From: Candidatus Woesearchaeota archaeon
GTDB lineage: Archaea > Nanobdellota > Nanobdellia > Woesearchaeales > GW2011-AR9
NCBI GenBank assembly: GCA_016185725.1
Contig: JACPNA010000020.1
Span: forward strand, 1 to 52,256
DNA: 52,256 bases
Direction: 5' to 3'
The notes beneath the pieces were generated by a model. The model was not told the origin of the DNA and did not search any database. It was given only the letters and a program-made list of their open reading frames with translations. A program made the position numbers and the translations under genes. Below are positions 1-7,948 of this stretch, piece by piece. Within the stretch, counting starts at the first letter, position 1. Every line of letters begins with the position of its first letter.

Positions 1-140
1 ATCCGCAACTTTTTTATATTTAGAAGTTATTATTTCCATCTGTAGTTCACCTCGTCGTTAAAATGTTTTTGGTTAAACGTTTATCGACGTGAACTACTTT
101 ATATTTTTTATGAATTTAGAAGGAGGGTTTCATATTAGCC

Positions 141-185
141 GTGTTAGTGGATGTGTACCACCAGTGAAACACACTGGTGGAAAAA
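141..185 (+). repeat. solo copy of the 45-nt 3' module of the 139-nt structured repeat
   Basis: Exact match to the last 45 nt of the copies at 3405..3543 and 45468..45606. Contains the 9-bp hairpin CCACCAGTG-AAACA-CACTGGTGG followed by A5. Confidence 0.85.
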
Positions 186-283
186 GCATATTTTAGAACG
201 GCGGAAAAATAAGCAGTATAATGAAATTCTTGCGCTAAAGCAGGGGGTTTTATACCCAGCGAAATTTCCTATAAGATATATTA

Positions 284-1483
284 TTATTTCAAGAAAAATA
301 ATTTTGTTGCTTCATAGAGTATACCGAGAATGAACAGCACAATTAGGAGATAACTGAGGAGGTTATAATGACGCAAATTATATTCTGGTTTACGGTTAGA
401 TCTTTTTTTGGCACGATGATACATCAGAATAATAATTATGCCCTCAAGACCGCCAGCAAGAGTGCCGGTTAATCCTAAAATTGAGATAAAGGAGGTTATA
501 TTGAGAAGAGTAATAAGCAAAGGAATAGAGAAAGTTAAGAGTAAAGCGTATTTTTTAGAAAGATGGAAATCGAGTTCGTAGATGTCGAGAAGAACCGTGC
601 CGAGAGCGAGGAACGAAGTGAACATGGCCAGAATGGCAAGGAGGTTAGCAAAAATTCCGAGTAGGGGATGAGAGTAGATACTTAAAGCAATAGTGGCAAT
701 GCGTTCGTTAGGAGTTAATACCGAAAAATTTTCTGCGCCAACAATGCCCACAACGATAAACGTAAACACGAGGTAGATCAGAATAGGAATTATTGATCCG
801 ATTATAAGAGCTTTTTTTAAGAGATGTTTATCTTTTCCCAATTCTTCTTGCAGTTCGGGAATGGCTGTAAAGCCCAGCGTGGCGAAAAGGATTACGCCAT
901 AGGGAAGGAATAGAAAGAGAGGATTGAACGTAGTAAGGTTATTGCTCTTAATTTTATCGTAAGAGAAAAGACCAAGGGCAATGACGACAATAATGAGGAG
1001 AGTTATTAAATACAGTTCAGCTTTGCCGGTGGCTTTAATTCCGCGAGAAATAATAAACGCAGCAAGGCAAAAAAAAATGATAGTATATATAATAGGCGAA
1101 CCCACAGGGAAAATTGCATACATGGTTGCCCCCTCACCGATAAGATAGGCGGTGAGAGCACCGTAGAGGGAAATAAATAACGATACGCCAACTATTCTTT
1201 TACCGGTTGGACCAAGATATTTTTCAGCATAACCTGTTAGTTGATGCTGGCCTTTAGTTCGCAACACGATTTCACCAACAAACAAGTTGATGAAAAGAAA
1301 AGCAAGACCAAGAATAATTATTAATAGTAATCCGTAGAGAAGACCGGCTTTCGCCACAACATAAGGGATGCCCAGCATACCAGCCCCAATAATAGTGCCC
1401 ATAAGAGTGGTGATGGCGATGAGTAATTTTTTATTGGCGAAGAAACCAGTATATTTCTTGGGTTGACCTCTTTTTTTGAACAT
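284..1483 (-). CDS. amino acid permease/transporter, polytopic (Trp/Tyr-permease-like)
   Basis: 399-aa ORF with about 11 hydrophobic helices. The N-terminal GTIIGAGMLGIPYV region is typical of amino-acid permeases. Confidence 0.6.
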   Translation of the reverse strand: MFKKRGQPKKYTGFFANKKLLIAITTLMGTIIGAGMLGIPYVVAKAGLLYGLLLIIILGLAFLFINLFVGEIVLRTKGQHQLTGYAEKYLGPTGKRIVGVSLFISLYGALTAYLIGEGATMYAIFPVGSPIIYTIIFFCLAAFIISRGIKATGKAELYLITLLIIVVIALGLFSYDKIKSNNLTTFNPLFLFLPYGVILFATLGFTAIPELQEELGKDKHLLKKALIIGSIIPILIYLVFTFIVVGIVGAENFSVLTPNERIATIALSIYSHPLLGIFANLLAILAMFTSFLALGTVLLDIYELDFHLSKKYALLLTFSIPLLITLLNITSFISILGLTGTLAGGLEGIIIILMYHRAKKRSNRKPEYNLRHYNLLSYLLIVLFILGILYEATKLFFLK

Positions 1484-1534
1484 GTTTTTAGATGATATTG
1501 TTGAGGTTTATAATGATTTTGTTAGAGAAAAACA

Positions 1535-1674
1535 TGGGGACGCTGGGATTTTCATGGTAATATTATTTTGAACCCAGACCTAAGGCTTGCTTCAGGGGAT
1601 TGTTTTTCATTGCTTTACTGCTCATTCTCCCAAATGCTGGAGGCCCCAATCCTGCCGGGTTAGACGACGTCCCC
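1535..1674 (-). tRNA. tRNA-Trp(CCA) carrying two introns (about 49 nt at 37/38 and 18 nt in the T loop at 59/60)
   Basis: Hand-folded. Acceptor GGGGACG/CGTCCCC, U8, D arm GTCT-AACCCGGCA-GGAT, anticodon stem GGGGC/GCCTT, loop CU-CCA-G, T stem CTGGG/CCCAG, A73, then a T-run. The T-loop insert forms a bulge-helix-bulge. Confidence 0.7.
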
Positions 1675-1781
1675 ACAATTTATGTTAGGATTAGAGAATG
1701 TTTATTAATTTTATTGTTGGATTATGGGATTATTTTTGTTTTACATTATATTTTTATAGTATTAATTATAGTAAGCTCGTT

Positions 1782-2681
1782 ATGATTGAATTAGATGGCA
1801 ATTATGGGGAAGGGGGTGGAGCGTTAGTGAGAGTAGCGTTAGCACTTTCGACATTAATGGGAAAAGAGTTTAAAGTCACAAATATCCGAGCAGGAAGAGA
1901 ACAGGGGGGGTTGAAAGCACAGCATCTTACGGCGATTAAGGCGTTGAAAGAGATTACTGGTGCAGAAACAAATGAAATTGATTTAGGTTCTACAGAGTTG
2001 TATTTTAAACCGGGTAAATTTAAGAGAGGTATGTATGAGATTGATATTGGAACAGCAGGCAGTATTACCTTATTGTTACAGGCGTTAATTTTACCAGCAC
2101 TGTTTGCTTCTGCAAAAGTTACATTGAAAATAAAAGGAGGAACGTGCGGGAAATGGCAAGCTTCGGTGGATTATTTACAGTTAGTGTTGCTGCCACAATT
2201 GCAGCGATTTGCGGGGAGGATAGAATTAAAAATTTTGAAGCGAGGGTATTACCCTGCAGGTGGCGGCGAAGTGGTGGTAGAGATAAGCCCAAAATATAGT
2301 ATCACCAAATTCGTAAATCTAGAAACTTTTTTAGAAGAGATTAAATTCAAAGTGCAAAAAATTGATTTGGTCAATAAAGGCAGATTAGAGCAGATAAGAG
2401 GGGTAGTAAATGTTTCTGTAGAATTGGCAGATAGAGATATTGCAGAAAGAATTGTAAGAGCTACAGAAAGCGCATTAAAAAAATATGGGGTGCCAATACA
2501 AATTAGAGTAGATTATGGGAAAAGTCAAAGTATCGGGGGAGAAATTTTATTATATGCAATTTATAGTAATAACGGTAAAATTGATTTTACTAATCCAATT
2601 ATTGTAGGTGCAGATGTATTATTAGATAAAAGCAAGAGTTCAGAAGAAATCGGCAAAGAAGCGGCAAAAAAATTAATATAG
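1782..2681 (+). CDS. rtcA: RNA 3'-terminal phosphate cyclase, N-terminal 299 codons ending at an in-frame TAG
   Basis: MIELDGNYGEGGGALVRVALALS...AQHLTAIKAL is a typical RtcA N-terminus. Start ATG at 1782 is chosen inside the longer track ORF (1698). Confidence 0.85.
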   Translation: MIELDGNYGEGGGALVRVALALSTLMGKEFKVTNIRAGREQGGLKAQHLTAIKALKEITGAETNEIDLGSTELYFKPGKFKRGMYEIDIGTAGSITLLLQALILPALFASAKVTLKIKGGTCGKWQASVDYLQLVLLPQLQRFAGRIELKILKRGYYPAGGGEVVVEISPKYSITKFVNLETFLEEIKFKVQKIDLVNKGRLEQIRGVVNVSVELADRDIAERIVRATESALKKYGVPIQIRVDYGKSQSIGGEILLYAIYSNNGKIDFTNPIIVGADVLLDKSKSSEEIGKEAAKKLI

Positions 2682-2876
2682 GAGATAGAAGGAGAAGGAG
2701 CGGTTGATATGCATTTGCAAGATCAATTAATACAATTTATGGCATTATTGCCTGGTTCGAAGATTAAAGCAAGGGGGGTTAGCGAGCATACCAAAACCAA
2801 TATTTATGTTGCGGAAAAATTTCTGCCGGTAGGATTTAAAGTTGATGCAGGAGAAATTACTGTAGGGGAAAAGTGA
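2682..2876 (+). other. rtcA: RtcA C-terminal segment in the same frame immediately after the TAG (internal ATG at 2709)
   Basis: The same-frame translation EIEGEGAVDMHLQDQLIQFMALLPGSKIKARGVSEHTKTNIYVAEKFL matches the conserved RtcA C-terminus, including the VDxHLxDQL histidine motif. A GGAGAAGGAG sits upstream of ATG 2709. Confidence 0.75.
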
Positions 2877-2914
2877 GAGTTAGATTTATAAATAAGATAG
2901 TGATTTGATATTTT

Positions 2915-3085
2915 ATGGAAGGAAAAATTTGTATTTCATGCAAGAAGAAAGTTGCTAATAATCCAGGAAGTGTGACTTTTAAATGTCCGAGTTGTACAAA
3001 ATATGATATTGTACGGTGTACGTATTGCCGAACAAATGCGATTAAATATACTTGTCCTGGCTGCGGATTTATTGGACCAAATTAA
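2915..3085 (+). CDS. small Zn-ribbon protein (four CxxC pairs), the usual archaeal neighbour of aEF-1beta
   Basis: 56-aa ORF MEGKICISCKK...CPSC...CTYC...CPGCGFIGPN. It is below the ORF-track length cut-off and lies directly upstream of aEF-1beta. Confidence 0.65.
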   Translation: MEGKICISCKKKVANNPGSVTFKCPSCTKYDIVRCTYCRTNAIKYTCPGCGFIGPN

Positions 3086-3123
3086 AATGTTGTTCTTCAA
3101 GAGAATTGTGTGCGGGGTATAAT

Positions 3124-3402
3124 ATGGCAAAGGCGGTTATTACGTTTAAAATTATGCCGGAGTCGCCGGATGTGGATTTAGGACCGATAAAGAAGGAGGC
3201 ATTACGTATTGGAAGAGAAGGCGGAGCTATTGGAGAAATGCAGATACAAGAAGAGCCGATAGCGTTTGGATTGAAGGCGGTGCTTGTTTTAGGAATGTAT
3301 AATGTTGAAGGCAGCGACTTTGACGCGATTGCAGAGAAAATGAGTATAATTGAGAAGGTGCAAAGCGCAGAAGTGGCAAAGATGGATTTGGCGCTGGGTT
3401 AA
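3124..3402 (+). CDS. translation elongation factor aEF-1 beta
   Basis: MAKAVITFKIMPESPDVDL...EEPIAFGLKAV... is a typical aEF-1beta. Internal ATG of track ORF 3052..3402. Confidence 0.9.
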   Translation: MAKAVITFKIMPESPDVDLGPIKKEALRIGREGGAIGEMQIQEEPIAFGLKAVLVLGMYNVEGSDFDAIAEKMSIIEKVQSAEVAKMDLALG

Positions 3403-3404
3403 AT

Positions 3405-3543
3405 GTCAAAGAAAACCGACCACCACCAGTCAATAGACTGGTGGCATGCTCGCCTGCGGGCTCGGGTCGGTTTTCTGACCATGCTTTTTCCACTTTAAGT
3501 GTTAGTGGATGTGTACCACCAGTGAAACACACTGGTGGAAAAA
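3405..3543 (+). repeat. 139-nt structured, GC-rich intergenic repeat, copy A
   Basis: 138/139 identical to 45468..45606. Has a 15-bp closing helix plus two near-identical 9-bp hairpins. Confidence 0.9.
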
Positions 3544-3671
3544 TTATTCTATATTTAAAAAATAGGGATAGTATGTTTAGTCGTATTCTTGCTATGGTGT
3601 GTGTAATACAACAAGAAACAGAAAGCACGATTTTTTTATCAGATAATACTACAAATAAGGAGGTACCTCTA

Positions 3672-4136
3672 ATGAAATTGACAAGTACAGCGTTTAAGGA
3701 TAAGGCGATCATTCCCGGTGTGTATACGTGTGATGGAAAGAATATAAATCCGCCATTGCAGATTTCGGATATTCCAGCGAAGGCAAAGAGTTTAGTGTTG
3801 TTGATGGATGATCCAGATATCCCGGAAATGGCGAAGAAAAATTTTAATGTGAATGTGTGGGATCATTGGGTGGTGTTTAATATGCCACCAACGATTACAG
3901 AGATAAAGGAAGGAGAAATACCAGAGGGAGTTATGGGCCGAAATACACGCGGGAATAATACGTATAGTGGACCTTGCCCGCCAGATAGAGAACATCGGTA
4001 TTTTTTCAAGTTGTATGCGTTGGATACCTGGCTAGATTTGAAGGAAGGAGTGTCAAAGAAAGAAGTTGAGGGGGCGATGAAGGGACATATTATTGAGAAA
4101 ACGGAGTTGATGGGAAGATACGAACGTGTGAAGTGA
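3672..4136 (+). CDS. PEBP / YbhB-YbcL family protein
   Basis: MKLTSTAFKDKAIIPGVYTCDGKNINPPL...DDPD...HRYFFKLYALD motifs. AGGAGG sits upstream of ATG 3672. The upstream part of track ORF 3441 runs through the repeat. Confidence 0.8.
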   Translation: MKLTSTAFKDKAIIPGVYTCDGKNINPPLQISDIPAKAKSLVLLMDDPDIPEMAKKNFNVNVWDHWVVFNMPPTITEIKEGEIPEGVMGRNTRGNNTYSGPCPPDREHRYFFKLYALDTWLDLKEGVSKKEVEGAMKGHIIEKTELMGRYERVK

Positions 4137-4178
4137 AAGTGATGATTATAAGAAATGAAAATATAAATAAAAAGAAAA

Positions 4179-5972
4179 TTAGCCGAAAACTTGTTTAAAC
4201 CAGTTTAACATTTTTTCGAGGAAACTATTCGTTTCTTTTAATTGTGCACTGATGTCAATACATTTTCCATTACTACATTGATTGCTGGCACATTCATAAT
4301 TATTTTGACATGACGCATCAATATCCTGCTGTAGTTTCAAAATTCCATCGATATTACAAAAATTAGCCATGCTATCTTGAACTAATCTTGTTCCGTAGGG
4401 CAAACAGTTGCCACCAATTTTACAACCAGTACATTTTTCTTCTTTTGGTGCTTCTATTGTTGGTGTTGGCGTAGTTAATTGTTGTTTTTCTTTTAAAGTA
4501 TTTGTTGCTGGTTTAATTTCAATTGGTTTAGATGATTCAGTTACAATTGGTTCGGTTAAACTACCGGTTACTATCAATTCCTTGCCTTGCAAATTATATT
4601 TTTTATAATTTTGTAACACTTTAGCTACTTTTCTAGTATCTTCTGGAGAATGTCCTGTTACTATCATTTGAACATACCCATTATTTTCTAAAAGTTTGAT
4701 CATGCCTTCTCCTTCTTTTAATGATTCGCCAGCACCGTTAAATAAAATGTTAGTTATATCATTATCACTAGATTTTCCTATAACTACGAGATTTGTGTGT
4801 AAGGGATCATTTATTTCGCTGTCTAATTTAGCAATATCCACAAGAGTATATCCTGAATTGGTTAATCCGGCAGCGATATCTGTCATAGCCAAATTGTCAG
4901 TAGATGGTGATTTACTACCAACGACAAAATAAGCATTTGATTTTCCTTTTTCAATCAAAAAATTAGGATAATTGGATAAATCTGAGGGGGTGGTTATTGG
5001 CGTGGTTACAATTTCTGGCGATATTGTTTTCGTGCTAACTTTGATGCCTTTTTCACCGTTTAAACAAAATGAAACAGAATGGATACCGCCAGCATAGTAT
5101 TGAGAGATAATATTCTGAATACTTAAGGTTACACCAAAAGGTAATTGATAACTTGCGCCTTCTATTAAATTTTCACTTTGTTGGCCGTTGATGGATAATT
5201 TTACTTGATTTTCTCCAATCTGCGGATTTGATTCAATGATGAATGGAACTATTTCATACGTCTTTTTCAGGCTTGTAGGAGTAGTTACACTTTTTATTTT
5301 ATAATCTGCAGTATGGGGATCGGAAACACTTTCAAAAGGATATGTTTTGCCATTTAGAAGAATGGAAAACGTAGCTTTACTATCTTGTACTTCAACGTTA
5401 CTTGTGATAATATTACCACTAGTCTTATCTAATAATTTAATAAGAGGCGATGGTTTGACGGTGCTATCAGCCCCTTTATACATTACAGTATTCCCATCAA
5501 GAATAAAGATATCATTCTTACTGATTTCTGAAACGATTACTGTTTCTGCTTCTCCCATTTTGTAAGTTCCAAGTTCTCCTTTTAAAAGAGTATTAGTTGA
5601 TTTACAGACCAATGGGCTATCTTTTTTTTCTTGTGATTTAACTGGGATTGTTCCGGTGCTGGTAAGCGAAAAAGTAGCTTGATTAATTACCCCAGGATAA
5701 TTTTGATTGACAATATCAGTTATGGTTATGATGCCACCATCAGATAAAATGTAACTTTCGCTCACTTTAAGTTTAGAAGTTGGTTCGTTATTCACAGTGA
5801 ACTTTGCTTCATTATTGTCCACATAATTTAGTGTTATACTATAGGGAATATTTCCAAGAGTATATATTTTATTTTCTCCTTCTAGTAAAGTGTTAGTTGA
5901 AGTTGTTTCTGCTAAAATATTTATACTTAACACAATCATGATTATTACGCTTAGTAAAATGTTTTTTTTCAT
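4179..5972 (-). CDS. secreted surface protein with repeated beta-domains, an S-layer-like segment and a Cys-rich C-terminus
   Basis: 597 aa with an N-terminal signal peptide. Has repeated AKFTVNNE...SYxLxDG modules, a FVVGSKSPSTDNLAMTDIAAGL segment and a C-terminal Cys cluster. Confidence 0.7.
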   Translation of the reverse strand: MKKNILLSVIIMIVLSINILAETTSTNTLLEGENKIYTLGNIPYSITLNYVDNNEAKFTVNNEPTSKLKVSESYILSDGGIITITDIVNQNYPGVINQATFSLTSTGTIPVKSQEKKDSPLVCKSTNTLLKGELGTYKMGEAETVIVSEISKNDIFILDGNTVMYKGADSTVKPSPLIKLLDKTSGNIITSNVEVQDSKATFSILLNGKTYPFESVSDPHTADYKIKSVTTPTSLKKTYEIVPFIIESNPQIGENQVKLSINGQQSENLIEGASYQLPFGVTLSIQNIISQYYAGGIHSVSFCLNGEKGIKVSTKTISPEIVTTPITTPSDLSNYPNFLIEKGKSNAYFVVGSKSPSTDNLAMTDIAAGLTNSGYTLVDIAKLDSEINDPLHTNLVVIGKSSDNDITNILFNGAGESLKEGEGMIKLLENNGYVQMIVTGHSPEDTRKVAKVLQNYKKYNLQGKELIVTGSLTEPIVTESSKPIEIKPATNTLKEKQQLTTPTPTIEAPKEEKCTGCKIGGNCLPYGTRLVQDSMANFCNIDGILKLQQDIDASCQNNYECASNQCSNGKCIDISAQLKETNSFLEKMLNWFKQVFG

Positions 5973-6112
5973 TTTTAACCTCGTTCTGTTTTGTTCTTAT
6001 TTTGTATCAAAGCAAAAATCTGCTTGGTAAATACCGCCGGCAAATGGTTGGTACTGTGTTTTTGTCACTACTCATTTTTGATTGTTTAATCAGGGAATAA
6101 AATCCCAATTAG

Positions 6113-6835
6113 TTACTTTACTAAACATCCAATTCCATCGTTTGTAATACGTGCATTGTAGCAGTCTTTGAATTCTGAGCTTCCTTCCGCGAGGGCTTTG
6201 GCGGCTTTTCGCACATAATCAGCGGAACTTCCGGTAACGAAGAGGAAGGTTAGGTCGCCTGATTTATAACCAAAAATTCTTCCCTCGTTGTTGAAGGTTT
6301 CGTTGCATGAGCCACCACATACTTTAAGTGCTTGTCCAGTAAAATAGTTGTTACAAGGCGTTCCAATATAAATTTTATTCTTTCCTAAGTTTTTCTTGTT
6401 TTGAAGATTCATCAGTTCTGAGTCTAAAACTGTTGAACCAACAACAACTTCTATTCCTTGTTTTACCAATGCTGAACTTATGTCCGAAACAGCCAACATT
6501 TCTTTTGATTCTGCTTTTTCTCCGAGAACAAAAAGCCCTTCAAATTTATTATTAACTACGAACGGTTTTGGATAATTGCCTATTTTATATTCTTCGAAAA
6601 GAAGTTCACAACCGGTATTTGTTTCTTGGGTTGTGCTATCTTGGTTCTGATGGTCTAGTCTATTCTTTACAGGATATCCCAGTCTGCCGTTATCTGTATA
6701 CACTCCCGCATCAACAGAGCTAATGAGGGGTGATGTAAATTCAGAAGTACATCCCATCATATTTACTAATGCACCAAGCGCCACATATTTTCTTAATTTC
6801 ATTTTAGTTGTCATTTTTTCTCCAGACATCCTCAA
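6113..6835 (-). CDS. putative lipoprotein with an S-layer-like domain
   Basis: Signal peptide ending in the lipobox-like MMGC. The FVLGEKAESKEMLAVSDISSAL segment resembles the one in the 597-aa neighbour. Confidence 0.65.
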   Translation of the reverse strand: MRMSGEKMTTKMKLRKYVALGALVNMMGCTSEFTSPLISSVDAGVYTDNGRLGYPVKNRLDHQNQDSTTQETNTGCELLFEEYKIGNYPKPFVVNNKFEGLFVLGEKAESKEMLAVSDISSALVKQGIEVVVGSTVLDSELMNLQNKKNLGKNKIYIGTPCNNYFTGQALKVCGGSCNETFNNEGRIFGYKSGDLTFLFVTGSSADYVRKAAKALAEGSSEFKDCYNARITNDGIGCLVK

Positions 6836-6852
6836 ACCAGGGGTTTCAGAAA

Positions 6853-6893
6853 GCGGAACAATATAAATAAGCTTGGCGGAACATAGCGGAACA
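6853..6893 (-). promoter_or_regulatory. three direct TGTTCCGC repeats bracketing a TATA-like box upstream of gene 6113..6835
   Basis: GCGGAACA on the + strand at 6853..6860, 6876..6883 and 6886..6893. TTATTTATAT (minus strand) lies at 6861..6870, about 25-35 nt upstream of the ATG at 6835. Confidence 0.45.
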
Positions 6894-6898
6894 AAGGG

Positions 6899-7894
6899 TT
6901 ATTGCTCTAAAAACCAAGCCGTCAGTTTAACTTTTCGTATTTTGCCTTCTTTGGTTGTTTCTACAATGTTTTTCTGTTCTAAAGAGCGTAAATTTCTGAA
7001 TAAGGAACTTTTTGAAAGACCTGTTTGGTAGTGGATTTTAGAAAAGTAAATTGGTTCTGTTTGGTTTTGTAAGAAGGCAACAATTTTTTGTTCATTAATT
7101 CTTAAGGTCTTAAAAATATCTGCGGTACGAGTGCTTGTTTTCTGGATTGTTTTTTCTTTTTTTTGTTTTATTGTTTTTGTCTTTTTATTGATAGTACTTA
7201 ATGATTTTTTTCTGAAATAGTGATAATATAAACTTAATCCGATGACAAAGAGTAAAATTCCAAAAAAAAGCAAGACAAATAGGGGGGAATAATTTTGAGA
7301 TTGTGAAGTTATTAATCGTGTATCTAATTTTATTTCAAGATATTGTTTTGATCCTTGTTTAATTGTAATCTCTTTAATTCCTAAACTATCTTTGTAACTA
7401 CTATAAATTTTACACTCTCCTAGGGGGACATACTCTAAGGAAAAAGAACCAAATTTATCCGTTTTCTTGGGAAAATTGACACCTAAGGCATTATTACAAT
7501 CAAAGTTAAGATTGGCTTCGGAGAGGGCTATATCTACTTTGTCTTTTACAAAACCACTTAAACTTCCTACAGGATAAAGATAAATAACTTTGATAAGTTT
7601 ATTTTCTAAGGATAGGACTGTTTCACCATAATAATCGTTGCCCGGGGTGGTAGGATTATTTACAATTATTTTTAGATGGTGATCTCCTTCAGACATTTTT
7701 AGGTTGAGATTTTGATTTTTTTCTAGGTAGTAATTAGTAATTTCTCCATTATTATCTAAACTTAGAAAGGCATTTTGAATTGGTTCTTGGGTGATGGCAT
7801 CGGCAAAAGTTAGAATTACGTTAGTAGTATCATTTTGGGCAAAAGAAAGGGGAATGGTTAGTATTAGTACGATAAAGCATATTCTCGGGAACAT
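6899..7894 (-). CDS. membrane-anchored winged-helix transcriptional regulator with an extracytoplasmic domain
   Basis: Signal peptide, about 190-aa external beta-rich region, one TM (LFVLLFFGILLFVIGLSLYY), a K-rich linker, and a C-terminal wHTH (SKIHYQTGLSKSSLFRNLRSLEQKNIVE). Confidence 0.65.
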   Translation of the reverse strand: MFPRICFIVLILTIPLSFAQNDTTNVILTFADAITQEPIQNAFLSLDNNGEITNYYLEKNQNLNLKMSEGDHHLKIIVNNPTTPGNDYYGETVLSLENKLIKVIYLYPVGSLSGFVKDKVDIALSEANLNFDCNNALGVNFPKKTDKFGSFSLEYVPLGECKIYSSYKDSLGIKEITIKQGSKQYLEIKLDTRLITSQSQNYSPLFVLLFFGILLFVIGLSLYYHYFRKKSLSTINKKTKTIKQKKEKTIQKTSTRTADIFKTLRINEQKIVAFLQNQTEPIYFSKIHYQTGLSKSSLFRNLRSLEQKNIVETTKEGKIRKVKLTAWFLEQ

Positions 7895-7948
7895 AGAGGA
7901 AGTATTATGTTTATGTTTATAAAATTTAGTAGAAATGATGTTCTCATT

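Noticed and set aside
1587-1635. A box C/D guide RNA inside the tRNA-Trp anticodon-side intron, as in haloarchaeal pre-tRNA-Trp.
   Set aside because: A CTGA (D box) is present near the intron's 3' end. The candidate C and C' boxes (AATGAGC, AATGAAA) each miss two of the seven consensus positions, the spacers are too short, and the possible guide does not target C34 or U39.
2679-2681. TAG reassigned to a sense codon (alternative genetic code or pyrrolysine) as the explanation for the rtcA in-frame stop.
   Set aside because: Several well-conserved genes in the window terminate at TAG exactly where their families normally end (MetAP at 36488, L35Ae at 52020, the TrmB-like gene at 31364, the nuclease at 18228). 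No Pyl machinery is visible. A global reassignment is therefore unlikely.
3441-3671. The N-terminal 77 codons of track ORF 3441..4136 (MACSPAGSGRFSDHAFSTLSVSGCVPPVKHTGGK...) as part of the PEBP protein, or as a conserved peptide encoded by the repeat.
   Set aside because: This stretch is the 139-nt repeat read in one frame, and it starts at GTG. The PEBP homology begins at MKLTSTAF (ATG 3672, with AGGAGG upstream). In copy B the same frame simply terminates after the repeat. With only one substitution between copies there is no evidence for coding selection, and the strong hairpins favour an RNA/DNA structural role.
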